53,200 nucleotides of DNA, from NCBI GenBank assembly GCA_900316495.1, contig ONDC01000020.1:1-53200 (forward strand), in the 5' to 3' direction. The translations under genes and the position numbers were made by a program. The stretch comes from an uncultured Eubacteriales bacterium. Its GTDB lineage: Bacteria; Bacillota; Clostridia; Oscillospirales; Acutalibacteraceae. Positions 25,679-35,371 of the stretch are shown here, in pieces (the first letter of the stretch is position 1; each line of letters starts with the position of its first letter). The notes below the pieces were generated by a model. It did no database searches. It was not told the origin of the DNA and saw only the letters and a program-made list of their open reading frames with translations.

Positions 25679-28306
25679 ATGGGAGAAATGTCGCCCATGA
25701 TGAAGCAATATCTTGAAATAAAGGCGCAGAACCCCGACGCGCTGCTCTTTTTCCGGCTCGGCGATTTTTACGAGCTGTTTTTTGACGACGCGAAGCTGGT
25801 GTCGAAGGAGCTTGACCTGACGCTCACGGGCAAAATCTGCGGAATGGACGAACGCGCGCCGATGTGCGGCGTGCCTTTCCACGCCTATGAATCCTACGCC
25901 GCCCGGCTGGTGGAGAAGGGCTACAAGGTCGCCATCTGCGAACAGCTTGAAGACCCCGCGACGGCGAAGGGTCTGGTGAAGCGCGGCATTATCCGCATTA
26001 TCACCGCCGGAACCATCATTGAAAACTCCATGCTCGACGAGGGGCGGAACAATTACATCGCCTCGGTCTGCTGCGCTGAGGGAATGACGGGGCTTTGCGT
26101 CGCCGACGTTTCCACCGGCGAGCTGAACGTCACCCAGCTTTCCGGCGCGGCGTCCTTCCAGAAGCTGTGCGGGGAGCTCAGCAAATTCGATCCGCATGAA
26201 ATTCTCATCAATTCCGCCGCGCTGAGTCTCGGCGGACTGGACAGCTTTATCAAAAACCGCCTGAAGGCCTCGGTGGAGCTGCTGGACGACGCGGATTTTG
26301 AGTATCCGAACGCCCTTGCCGCTGTGAGCGTGCAGTTCAGGGAAAAGGAGATCGAGCGCTCGGGGCTGATGAATTATCCCGCCACCGTGATGGCGCTCGG
26401 CGCGCTGATCGATTACATCTACTCCACCCAGATGGCGGGCGAAGTGGAGCAACATGCTGACAGGGCAATAAAAATCGAATGCTTTGACCGCATCCATTAC
26501 TATGTCGGCGATATTTACATGAATATTGACACGTCTACGCGCCGCAACCTTGAGTTGACCGAAACCATGCGCAGCAAGGAGAAAAAAGGCTCCCTGCTGT
26601 GGGTGCTGGACAAGACAAAGACTCCCATGGGCAAGCGTATGATCAGGGGCATTATCGAGCGTCCCCTTGTCAATCCCGTGTCCATCCAGGCGCGGCAGAA
26701 CGCGGTGGACGAGCTGTGCGGGGACTCCATTCTCCGGGATGACATTATGCAGGCGCTTCGCAGCATCAGCGACATAGAGCGCCTGATGACCCGCATTGTC
26801 TACGGCTCGGCGAACGCCCGCGAGATACGCGCCCTCGCCTATGCCGCCGAATCCCTCCCCACCGTGCGGGAGCTGCTGCACGGCATGAAGTCCGGCGAGC
26901 TGAAGGACATTTACCAATCCATCGACCCGCTGAAGGACATCCGCGAGCTGGTGGAATCCGCGATTGTGGACGAACCGCCCCTCACCGTGCGCGAGGGCGG
27001 CATGATCAAGCCCGGCTACTGCAAGGATCTCGATATCCTCAACGGTGACATGAGCGGCGGCAAGGATTTTATTGCCTCCATCGAGGAAAAGGAACGTCAG
27101 AAGACCGGAATTCAGCGGCTTAAAGTAGGCTACAACCGCGTATTCGGCTATTATATAGAGGTTTCCAACGCTTCCAAGGATCTGGTGCCGAAGGAATACA
27201 TCCGCAAGCAGACCCTTGCCAACTGCGAGAGATACATCACCGAGGAGCTGAAAGAAATGGAAGGCCGCGTCCTCGGCGCGCGCGACAGAATCGTCAAGCT
27301 GGAATACGAGCTTTTTGAGGAGATACGCAAGAAGGCAGCCGCCTGTCAGAGCCGCGTGCAGCAGACCGCCGACGCGATTGCCCGCCTTGACGTGTGGTGC
27401 TCCTTCGCGGAGGTTGCCGCGCGGAATCATTACACTCGTCCGCTGGTGAATACCTCCGGGAAGATCGTCCTCAAGGACAGCCGTCACCCGGTGGTGGAAG
27501 CCGTGTCGGACGAGCAGTTTGTCCCCAACGACGTGTACCTCGACAATAACGACAACCGCGTGGCGATCATCACCGGTCCCAATATGGCGGGCAAATCCAC
27601 CTATATGCGGCAGGTCGCCATCATCACGTTAATGGCACAGTGCGGCAGCTTTGTTCCCGCGTCCAGCGCGGAAATCGGCGTGGTGGACAGCATTTTTACC
27701 CGCGTCGGGGCGTCCGACGATCTTGCCTCCGGACAGTCCACCTTCATGGTGGAGATGAACGAGGTCGCCTATATTCTCGAAAACGCCACGGCGGACAGCC
27801 TTCTCGTGCTGGATGAAATCGGGCGCGGCACCTCCACCTTTGACGGCATGAGCATTGCCCGCGCCGTCCTCGAACACGTTGCCGACAAGAAAAAGCTCGG
27901 CGCGAAGGCGCTGTTTGCCACCCATTATCACGAACTGACCGAGCTGGAAAACTCCCTCAAAGGGGTCAGAAATTACTCCGTCGCCGTCAAGAAGCGAGGG
28001 GATGACATCACCTTCCTGCGGAGAATCGTCAGCGGCGGCGCGGATCAGAGCTACGGCATCGAAGTGGCCAAGCTCGCCGGCATTCCCGACAGCGTTGTGA
28101 AGCGCGCGCGACAGATATTAAAGCAGCTGGAAAGCGGCAAGCCGGAGGCGACCAAGAAAAAAGCGGAGGTGGAACAGACCGCCATTTCCTTCACCCCGCC
28201 CGGAGAAGCCGAGGCGATCTTCCGCCTGAAAAACCTTGACGTCAACAACCTCACGCCCATGCAGGCGTTTCAGATACTTTGCGATCTCACGGAGCTGGCG
28301 AAATAG
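25679..28306 (+). CDS. mutS: DNA mismatch repair protein MutS
   Basis: SPMMKQYLEIKAQNPDALLFFRLGDFYELFFDDA (mismatch-binding domain with the GDFYE Phe-X-Glu motif), Walker A GPNMAGKST, and DEIGRGTSTFDG. 875 aa. Confidence 0.97.
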   Translation: MGEMSPMMKQYLEIKAQNPDALLFFRLGDFYELFFDDAKLVSKELDLTLTGKICGMDERAPMCGVPFHAYESYAARLVEKGYKVAICEQLEDPATAKGLVKRGIIRIITAGTIIENSMLDEGRNNYIASVCCAEGMTGLCVADVSTGELNVTQLSGAASFQKLCGELSKFDPHEILINSAALSLGGLDSFIKNRLKASVELLDDADFEYPNALAAVSVQFREKEIERSGLMNYPATVMALGALIDYIYSTQMAGEVEQHADRAIKIECFDRIHYYVGDIYMNIDTSTRRNLELTETMRSKEKKGSLLWVLDKTKTPMGKRMIRGIIERPLVNPVSIQARQNAVDELCGDSILRDDIMQALRSISDIERLMTRIVYGSANAREIRALAYAAESLPTVRELLHGMKSGELKDIYQSIDPLKDIRELVESAIVDEPPLTVREGGMIKPGYCKDLDILNGDMSGGKDFIASIEEKERQKTGIQRLKVGYNRVFGYYIEVSNASKDLVPKEYIRKQTLANCERYITEELKEMEGRVLGARDRIVKLEYELFEEIRKKAAACQSRVQQTADAIARLDVWCSFAEVAARNHYTRPLVNTSGKIVLKDSRHPVVEAVSDEQFVPNDVYLDNNDNRVAIITGPNMAGKSTYMRQVAIITLMAQCGSFVPASSAEIGVVDSIFTRVGASDDLASGQSTFMVEMNEVAYILENATADSLLVLDEIGRGTSTFDGMSIARAVLEHVADKKKLGAKALFATHYHELTELENSLKGVRNYSVAVKKRGDDITFLRRIVSGGADQSYGIEVAKLAGIPDSVVKRARQILKQLESGKPEATKKKAEVEQTAISFTPPGEAEAIFRLKNLDVNNLTPMQAFQILCDLTELAK

Positions 28307-28401
28307 GGCGCTCGCATGAGTTCGCTGACTGAAGACTGATTGATACGCAACCAGTTTTCAGTGATCTCATTCCGCACAGAGATTCTTTAATCCGGAAGTG
28401 A

Positions 28402-29202
28402 ATTATCATAAAAAACATTCAATACTACGACATCGGGCTGAACCTGTTTTGCCGGCAGTTCAGCCACCCGGAGAAAATCCTGAACGACGCGCTCAGCGAG
28501 GGCGTGATGTGTATTATCACCGGCTCGGACAGGAAGTCCGATGAATTGACCTGTCAGTTTGTCCGGAATCACCCCGCCTTCGGCACGGCGGGCATTCATC
28601 CCCACAACGCCGACTCCGCGCGGAAGGAGGATTTTGTCCGCATCGAGCAAATGCTCACGACAAATTCCAAGCTGCTTGCGGTGGGGGAATGCGGGCTGGA
28701 TTATGACCGGATGTATTCCACAAAGCAAAACCAGATACGCTGCTTAGAGCATCATATCCAGATTGCCGAAAAGCTGCAAATGCCGATGTTCCTGCACGAA
28801 AGAGCGGCTGCGGAGGATTTCGCGGCGATATTTGAAAGACATCCGGAGGTGTGTAAGCGTTCGGTGGTGCATTGCTTCACCGGCGACAGGGCAACCATGG
28901 AAACCTACCTTGCGATGGGATTCTGCATCGGCATTACCGGCTGGATCTGCGACGACCGCCGCGCGGACGAACTGCGCGAAGCCGTGGCGATTCTTCCGCC
29001 CGACCGCGTGCTGCTCGAAACCGACGCGCCCTACCTCACGCCGCGCAATGTGCCGGGACTTCCCCGCACGAACCTTCCCCAGAATGTGAAATATGTCGCC
29101 CGTGAGCTTGCAAAGTACATGCATATTGACGAGCGGGAATTAATCTCTTATGCGAAGGAAAACACAGAAAAGCTCTTTGGAATTAAAGAAGCCCTCGAGT
29201 AA
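28402..29202 (+). CDS. TatD-family metal-dependent hydrolase (start codon unresolved)
   Basis: The ORF track gives 28504..29202, but the same frame is open from the TGA at 28399-28401. That extension encodes a TatD-like N-terminus (YYDIGLNLFCRQFSHPEKILNDALSEGV). Downstream motifs: AFGTAGIHPH, GECGLDY, FLHER, VVHCFTG, LLETDAPYL. No ATG/GTG/TTG lies between 28402 and 28503. Confidence 0.8.
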   Translation: MIIKNIQYYDIGLNLFCRQFSHPEKILNDALSEGVMCIITGSDRKSDELTCQFVRNHPAFGTAGIHPHNADSARKEDFVRIEQMLTTNSKLLAVGECGLDYDRMYSTKQNQIRCLEHHIQIAEKLQMPMFLHERAAAEDFAAIFERHPEVCKRSVVHCFTGDRATMETYLAMGFCIGITGWICDDRRADELREAVAILPPDRVLLETDAPYLTPRNVPGLPRTNLPQNVKYVARELAKYMHIDERELISYAKENTEKLFGIKEALE

Positions 29203-29257
29203 TCGCTATAAGCGAGCGAACGCGAGCGTTATACATTCCAGCGCGCAAGCGCTCAAC

Positions 29258-29365
29258 TTCACACCTCACATTTCACACTTCACACTTCACACTTCACACT
29301 TTACATTTCACATTTCACACTTCACACTTCACATTTCACATTTCACATTTATAGTAACTTCACAC
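29258..29365. repeat. Heptanucleotide microsatellite (TTCACAY)x13 plus one detached copy
   Basis: Thirteen contiguous 7-mers at 29258-29348 (TTCACAC/TTCACAT with 2 variants). TATAGT at 29350-29355. A further TTCACAC at 29359-29365. The array ends about 40 nt before the mutL start. Confidence 0.9.
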
Positions 29366-29387
29366 TTTTCCGAAAGGAAATCCAAAA

Positions 29388-31445
29388 ATGTCAAAGGTAA
29401 GATTGTTAGATAAACATACCGCCGAGCTGATTGCAGCCGGAGAGGTGGTAGAACGCCCCTCTTCGGTGGTCAAGGAGCTGGTGGAAAACTGCATTGACGC
29501 GGGCGCGTCCGTCATCACCGTGGAAATCAGGCACGGCGGTTCGTCCTACATCCGCGTCACCGACAACGGAGAGGGCATTGCCCCCGACGACGTTCCCACC
29601 GCCTTCCTTCGCCATGCTACGAGTAAAATTCGCGTGGGAACCGATTTAGACAGCATTGCCACCCTTGGCTTTCGCGGCGAAGCCCTTGCCTCCATCTGCG
29701 CGGTCTCAAAAATGGAGCTGATCACCCGCACCGCCGACAGCGATGTGGGCGTGCATTACGTCATCGAGGGCAGCGACGAGGTTGTCAATGAGGAAATAGG
29801 CTGCGCGGTCGGCACGACTATCATCGTGCGCGAGATGTTCTTCAACACCCCCGCGCGAAGGAAATTCCTCAAATCCGACAAGACAGAGGGCAACGCCATT
29901 GCCGCCGTCATCGACCGCGTGGCGCTCTCCCATCCCGAAATCTCCTTCCGCTTCGTCAGAGAGGGGAAGGAGGTTCTTCTCACACCCGGCGACGGCAAGC
30001 TCCGTTCCGCCATTCACGCGGTCTACGGCAGGGAATTCACCTTGGGACTGATTCCCGTCAAATACAGCTACAACAATGTCAGCGTGGAGGGATTTGTCTC
30101 CAAGCCGGTCAATTCCCGCCCCAACCGCGCCATGCAGATTTTCTTCATCAACGGGCGTTACGTCCGCAGCAACACCATGCAGAGGGCGCTCGAGGAAGCG
30201 TGCAAGGGCGCGGTCATGATCGGCAAGTACCCCGCCTGCGTGCTGGGCATCAGTCTGGACTGTTCGGCGGTGGATGTGAATGTTCATCCGGCAAAGCTGG
30301 AAGTGCGATTTACAGAGGAAAGACCAATTTACGAGGCAGTCTACTTTGCGGTCAAATCTTCCCTTGCGGAATTCGACGCGCCGCGCGACGTGGAGCTTCC
30401 TCCCGTCCGCCGGGTCAATCTTTCCCCCAACATGCACGAATACAGCGGCGTGCAGATCGACCTGAATCAGTCGGTTCGCTCCGAAGCCATCCGAAGCCGC
30501 ACGGAGCAGGGTCTTCAGAATCAAGGGCATCATCGGCCGGTTCAGCCATCAGCGGCAGCGGATGCCCCGCTGCGTGTCAGCGACCCCGGCGTGTCTGTGC
30601 CTTTGCGGAATGCAGGCTTTGTCCCGCCGCCGACCTACGAGGACGCGGTGCGCGCCGCCGAGCCGGAGATTCACGGCACGCTGCCCCCGGAGGCTTCCAG
30701 TCAGGCGCGGGAGGAAGGCGCGGACGAAATGCTTTCCGACGCTCTTGCAAACAACGGTATTCCTGAGAATTCCTTTGCGGAGAAAATGGAATCCGTTGAA
30801 GTCGATCAGCAAACGAAAGCCGATAATACAGAGACAATTGAAAATACGGAGCCTGCCGACAGCTTCATCCTGCCTGCATACAGGATTGTCGGGGAGATAT
30901 TCAATACCTATATTCTCATCGAATCGGGCGGCGAGCTGATTCTGATCGACAAGCACGCGGCGCATGAGCGTCTGATTTATGAGCGGCTTCTCCGGCAGCG
31001 GGACAACCCCGACAGCCAGCTTCTTCTCACGCCGCTGCCCATCACACTGGACAAGAATCAGTACGACGCGGTGACAGGCAGTATTGAGCTGCTTGCGGAC
31101 GCGGGCTTTGAGGTGGAGGACTTCGGTATGGGAACGGTGCTGCTGAGAAGCGTGCCGACCATCCTCTCCGGCGACGACGCGGAAGGGGCGTTCCTTGAAA
31201 TCGCGGGACAGCTCCGCGCCGGTCAGACCTCCGTCACCACCGAGAAGATCGACTGGATCTACCACACCATTGCCTGCAAGAGCGCCGTCAAGGGAGGAGA
31301 CAAAAATCTCCCCGGCGAGCTTGCCGAGCTGGTGCTGACGCTCATCAACAATCCCGACGTGCGCTACTGTCCCCACGGACGGCCGATCTTCGTGTCGCTC
31401 AAGCAGCGGGAAATAGAGAAATACTTCGGGAGGATTCAGGCATGA
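29388..31445 (+). CDS. mutL: DNA mismatch repair protein MutL
   Basis: LIAAGEVVERPSSVVKELVENCIDAGAS (GHKL ATPase), LGFRGEAL, a disordered linker, and C-terminal endonuclease motifs (DKHAAHERLIYE; ACKSAVK). Confidence 0.95.
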   Translation: MSKVRLLDKHTAELIAAGEVVERPSSVVKELVENCIDAGASVITVEIRHGGSSYIRVTDNGEGIAPDDVPTAFLRHATSKIRVGTDLDSIATLGFRGEALASICAVSKMELITRTADSDVGVHYVIEGSDEVVNEEIGCAVGTTIIVREMFFNTPARRKFLKSDKTEGNAIAAVIDRVALSHPEISFRFVREGKEVLLTPGDGKLRSAIHAVYGREFTLGLIPVKYSYNNVSVEGFVSKPVNSRPNRAMQIFFINGRYVRSNTMQRALEEACKGAVMIGKYPACVLGISLDCSAVDVNVHPAKLEVRFTEERPIYEAVYFAVKSSLAEFDAPRDVELPPVRRVNLSPNMHEYSGVQIDLNQSVRSEAIRSRTEQGLQNQGHHRPVQPSAAADAPLRVSDPGVSVPLRNAGFVPPPTYEDAVRAAEPEIHGTLPPEASSQAREEGADEMLSDALANNGIPENSFAEKMESVEVDQQTKADNTETIENTEPADSFILPAYRIVGEIFNTYILIESGGELILIDKHAAHERLIYERLLRQRDNPDSQLLLTPLPITLDKNQYDAVTGSIELLADAGFEVEDFGMGTVLLRSVPTILSGDDAEGAFLEIAGQLRAGQTSVTTEKIDWIYHTIACKSAVKGGDKNLPGELAELVLTLINNPDVRYCPHGRPIFVSLKQREIEKYFGRIQA

Positions 31446-32389
31446 GCGGGGGCGTGAAGGTCGCCGCCGTCGTGGGCGCGACCGCCTCCGGCAAGACCTC
31501 TCTCGCCGTGGAGCTGGCAAAACGGCTGAACGGCGAGGTCATTTCCGCCGATTCCATGCAGATATACCAGGGACTTTCCATCGCCACGGCAAAGCCCACG
31601 CAGGAGGAAATGCGGGGCATTCCTCACCACCTCATTGACTTTGTCCCTTTGGAGGAGGAATTCTCCGTCGCCCGGTTCTGCGAATTGGGACACAGGGCGA
31701 TAGAGGATATTTCCGGAAGAAACAAACTTCCCATCGTTTGCGGCGGGACGGGGCTGTATGTGGATTCGCTGCTCAATAATATCATCTTTGCCGACGTTCC
31801 CTCCGATGAAGCCCTTCGTGAGAAGCTCAACGCGGCGTTTGACCGGTGCGGCGGCGACGCGCTTCTGAACAGACTCAGAAATATCGACCCTGAAACCGCC
31901 GAAAAGCTCAGTCCTGCCGACAAAAAGCGCATTGTCCGCGGCTTGGAGGTCTATGAACTTACCGGCACGACGCTTTCGGAATTCAGTCGCCGTTCACGGG
32001 CGTTTCCGGACAGATACAACAGCGTCATGATCGGCATAGGCTACCGCGACAGACAGAAGCTCTACGACAGAATCAACCTGCGGGTGGATATGATGCTGCA
32101 AGAGGGGCTGCTAAAAGAAGTGAAGAGCTTCTATTCGGAAAACGCGGGAAAGACCGTCGTTCAGGCTATCGGCTGCAAGGAGCTGCTTCCTTACCTGCGC
32201 GGAGAACAGACCTTCGGGGAAGCGGTGGAAAATTTAAAGCGCGAAACCAGAAGATTTGCAAAACGGCAGTTGACATGGTTCAGAAGGAATGATAAAATAA
32301 TATGGATATACGCCGATGAGCTGAATTCAACGGAGCAGCTTGCGGCGTGTGCCGAAAAGGAAATACGGACAAGGCTGGACTTGAAATAG
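31442..32389 (+). CDS. miaA: tRNA dimethylallyltransferase
   Basis: VVGATASGKTSLAVELAKRLNGEVISADSMQIYQGLSIATAKPT is the MiaA P-loop signature. ATGA overlap with the mutL stop. Confidence 0.93.
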   Translation: MSGGVKVAAVVGATASGKTSLAVELAKRLNGEVISADSMQIYQGLSIATAKPTQEEMRGIPHHLIDFVPLEEEFSVARFCELGHRAIEDISGRNKLPIVCGGTGLYVDSLLNNIIFADVPSDEALREKLNAAFDRCGGDALLNRLRNIDPETAEKLSPADKKRIVRGLEVYELTGTTLSEFSRRSRAFPDRYNSVMIGIGYRDRQKLYDRINLRVDMMLQEGLLKEVKSFYSENAGKTVVQAIGCKELLPYLRGEQTFGEAVENLKRETRRFAKRQLTWFRRNDKIIWIYADELNSTEQLAACAEKEIRTRLDLK

Positions 32390-32420
32390 GCAGAACAAAT
32401 TGGAAAGGAGAACCTGCTGC

Positions 32421-34076
32421 ATGGCAAAAGACAGGAAGGACGCCCGGCAAAAGAAAAAGGGCGGCGCTGTCCGTGGGACGTCATATAAAAAGGGCAAAAC
32501 GGCTGTGCCGGACGGAAAAAGCTATCGGCGCTTCAACGTCGGCGACAGGCTGGAATCGAGTAATTCACGCAATCCGGTGGTGTCAACGGTGACCACGACG
32601 GATTATGAGGATTACCTGAACAACTTCGGCGGTTCACGCCGGAGCGCCGGCAGGACAGACAGACCAAGGCGGAACGACGCGCGCGCAAGGACGCGGGGAT
32701 CCGGCTTTCGCGGCGGCAGGAGCGGGCGCGGCGGCACCGAAACGGATGCTCCCGGCAGCCAGATCAAGGACGTGGTGAAAAGGCAGCTTCCCAAGAAACA
32801 GGTAAGGATAACAGCGTCGGTCATTACCGCGATTATCGCAGGGCTGCTGGTTTACCATATCTTTCAGGGCGTCTATGTCGATTACAAAACCGAGGTCGTC
32901 ACGATTTCCCCGTATCTTGAAACCATAGACGTGGAGGGAATCGCCATCCGCGACGAGCAGATCGTGAGCGGCAGCATGAGCAGCACCTCGGTCATGACGG
33001 TGAAGAACGGAGACAAGATCTCCACCGGCGAGACCATTGTCAATATCTTCCCCTCCGAGTCGGAGGCGGAGGCGTTTGAACGCGCCGCGGAAATCGACGC
33101 CGAGCTGGAAAAGCTCAGAAACATGATCGCCGTTTCCGAGAACAACGTCAAGACGGTCAATCTTATCAACAGGCAGCTTGACAAAAAAATGGTGGGGCTG
33201 AATAAAGCCGCCGAACAGAGGAACATGGCGGAGGCGGCAAAGATCAAGAGCGAGATAGGCTATCTGATGAACAAGCAGCTTGTGGCCATGCGCCAGACCG
33301 AAGGATTCGACGCGCGCATCGAGCTGCTGGAGAAGGAAAGGGAAGAGCTGGATAGCAGGTTTTCCAAGGATCCGCGCACCATCACATCGCCCGGTTCCGG
33401 CTATTTTGCCGACAGCTGCGACGGTTATGAGAACCTTCTCAACAGCTCCATGACGGGAACGCTGACCGTGGATCAGCTGAAGGAGATCATGAACAGAGAG
33501 GTTAAGCCTCCTGAAAAATCGATAGGCAAGCTGGTCAACAGCTTCACATGGTACCTTGCCTGTCCGGTGCCGTCGATTGACTCGGATTATCTGATCGTCG
33601 GCGCGATCTACACACTGAATCTGCCGTATTCCGACAACGAGAGTATCGAGGCGGTGCTTTACAGGCTGGATAAGCAGGATGGACAGGATACGTTTCTCGC
33701 GGTGTTCCGCTGCAATTCTCTTGCCTCGGAGCTTTGCGCCGTGCGCAGACAGCCGGTCAGGATTGTGAAGTGCAGCTACGAGGGCTTTGCGATTCCCAAG
33801 AGCGCGCTTCACGCGGGCGTCAGGGACGTTACGATCAAGAATCCCCATCCCGAATCGGATTTTCCGAGGGCGCATATGGTTTATGTCACCAAGACGACCT
33901 ATCCCAGCGTCTATGCCATTGTCGCGGGACAGATCAGGGAAAAGGAAGTCAACATTCTCTACGGCACCGACAAGGCGGTGATCTGCTCGCCGAAGTACAG
34001 CGGGCAATATCTTTCGCTGGGCGATACGGTCGTGATAAAGGAAAGGGGATTGTATAATGGAAAGCTTATCGGCTGA
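32421..34076 (+). CDS. Hypothetical membrane-anchored protein: Arg-rich N-tail, one TM, coiled-coil plus beta-rich ectodomain (HlyD-like, tentative)
   Basis: AAAGGAG RBS before the ATG at 32421. Basic tail (RRSAGRTDRPRRNDARARTRGSGFRGGRSGRGG), TM helix ITASVITAIIAGLLVYHIF, then lipoyl-like and coiled-coil segments. The 3' end overlaps yggS by 20 nt. Confidence 0.6.
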   Translation: MAKDRKDARQKKKGGAVRGTSYKKGKTAVPDGKSYRRFNVGDRLESSNSRNPVVSTVTTTDYEDYLNNFGGSRRSAGRTDRPRRNDARARTRGSGFRGGRSGRGGTETDAPGSQIKDVVKRQLPKKQVRITASVITAIIAGLLVYHIFQGVYVDYKTEVVTISPYLETIDVEGIAIRDEQIVSGSMSSTSVMTVKNGDKISTGETIVNIFPSESEAEAFERAAEIDAELEKLRNMIAVSENNVKTVNLINRQLDKKMVGLNKAAEQRNMAEAAKIKSEIGYLMNKQLVAMRQTEGFDARIELLEKEREELDSRFSKDPRTITSPGSGYFADSCDGYENLLNSSMTGTLTVDQLKEIMNREVKPPEKSIGKLVNSFTWYLACPVPSIDSDYLIVGAIYTLNLPYSDNESIEAVLYRLDKQDGQDTFLAVFRCNSLASELCAVRRQPVRIVKCSYEGFAIPKSALHAGVRDVTIKNPHPESDFPRAHMVYVTKTTYPSVYAIVAGQIREKEVNILYGTDKAVICSPKYSGQYLSLGDTVVIKERGLYNGKLIG

Positions 34077-34815
34077 CAACGCGGCTTCTCCGGCACTCGC
34101 GGCAAGGTTCCGCGATGTGGAGGAGAATCTCAAGGTGATCCGCGAAAGGATTGAAGAGGCGGCGGTCAGCGCGGGTCGGAATCCCGACGATGTGATCCTG
34201 ATGGCGGTGACCAAGACCGTTCCCGTGGAAGTGATCAATCACGCGCTTTCGCTGGGCGTTGACTACATGGGGGAAAACCGCGTGCAGGAGCTGAACGCCA
34301 AATACGACAGCCTCCACCGCGAGGGAAAGCACATTCACCTGATCGGTCACCTGCAGACCAACAAAGTGAAGCAGGTGGTCGGCAAAGTGGAGATGATCCA
34401 GTCGGTCGATTCCTTCCGCGTGGCGCAGGCGATTGCGGCAAGAAGTCGGGAGTCAGGGATCGTCACCCACGCCCTTGTCGAGGTCAACATCGGCAGGGAA
34501 GAGAACAAATCCGGCGTTTTTCCCGAGGAGGCCTATGAACTGATCTGTCAGATCAGCGAATTGAATGGGCTAAATGTACAAGGATTGATGGCAATTCCGC
34601 CCGCAGATTGCGAAATTGCACAAACTATCAGGTATTTTGATGAAATATACAAACTGTTTATTGACATTGGAACAAAAAACACACATAATAATAGTTATAC
34701 TATGAAGCATCTGTCGATGGGCATGTCCGCGGATTACGCGGAGGCTGTCATGCATGGCGCCACGATGGTAAGAGTGGGTACAGCCCTTTTCGGCAGAAGA
34801 AGCTACAGTAAATAA
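34057..34815 (+). CDS. YggS/YlmE-family pyridoxal-phosphate homeostasis protein
   Basis: LMAVTKTVPVEVI (PLP lysine), HLIGHLQTNKVK, LSMGMSADY and VRVGTALFG are conserved YggS blocks. Confidence 0.9.
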   Translation: MESLSADNAASPALAARFRDVEENLKVIRERIEEAAVSAGRNPDDVILMAVTKTVPVEVINHALSLGVDYMGENRVQELNAKYDSLHREGKHIHLIGHLQTNKVKQVVGKVEMIQSVDSFRVAQAIAARSRESGIVTHALVEVNIGREENKSGVFPEEAYELICQISELNGLNVQGLMAIPPADCEIAQTIRYFDEIYKLFIDIGTKNTHNNSYTMKHLSMGMSADYAEAVMHGATMVRVGTALFGRRSYSK

Positions 34816-34836
34816 TCAAATCGGAGGAATTTTAAA

Positions 34837-35364
34837 ATGGCTTGGATCAAGAGAAGAAAAAACGAACCCATTACGGATGACGACATCGACGACGAGGATT
34901 TCGACGAGGATTTCGACGACGATTACGACGAGGAAGACGACGAGGACGATTACGAAGAGGAAGAGGAGACTGCACCCGCAGCCGAGCCTGTTGCCCGCAC
35001 CGCGCCGGCAAAAAGACAGACCTACGCGACCGCTCCCAAAACCGAACCGCCCACTACCCGCAAGCTCTACAACAACGGCGAGCCAAAGTCCGTCATAGAC
35101 ATCCGCACGCCCGAAACACGTGAGGAGGCCTACGAGATCGCTGACTGCCTGCTCAAGGGTCATTCGGTCACGATTAACCTTGAGGTAATCAACCGCGAGC
35201 TGGCTTCCAGAATCCTTGACTTCCTCGGCGGCGTTACATACGCCTGCGGCGGAGAGCTGATCAAGGTCACCAAGACCACCTGGATGGTCACCCCCGGCGA
35301 CGTGGGCGTCAACAAACAGGGCTTCCTCTCCGACACCGAGAACAACGACGCGTATTTCGGATAA
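34837..35364 (+). CDS. sepF: Cell division protein SepF with a poly-acidic N-terminal region
   Basis: C-terminal core VIDIRTPETREEAYEIADCLLKGHSVTINLEVINRELASRILDFLGGVTYACGGELIKV matches SepF. Position after yggS is classical. Confidence 0.88.
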   Translation: MAWIKRRKNEPITDDDIDDEDFDEDFDDDYDEEDDEDDYEEEEETAPAAEPVARTAPAKRQTYATAPKTEPPTTRKLYNNGEPKSVIDIRTPETREEAYEIADCLLKGHSVTINLEVINRELASRILDFLGGVTYACGGELIKVTKTTWMVTPGDVGVNKQGFLSDTENNDAYFG

Positions 35365-35371
35365 TCGCGGC

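Noticed and set aside
25460-27487. 675-aa ORF antisense to mutS. Similar long antisense ORFs occur at 4953-6107, 18623-20053, 32634-34238, 36140-37261, 38064-40037, 40680-41585 and 49841-51058.
   Set aside because: These are shadow ORFs typical of high-GC coding DNA. The opposite strand encodes proteins with unmistakable family motifs. The antisense translations are Arg/Gly/Ala/His-rich low-information sequence without RBS support.
29150-29413. 87-aa ORF translating the heptamer array (HISHFTLHTSHFTFHISHFTL...)
   Set aside because: The reading frame is simply a by-product of the 7-nt repeat (a 21-nt periodic peptide). It has no RBS, and it overlaps the tatD 3' end and the mutL start.
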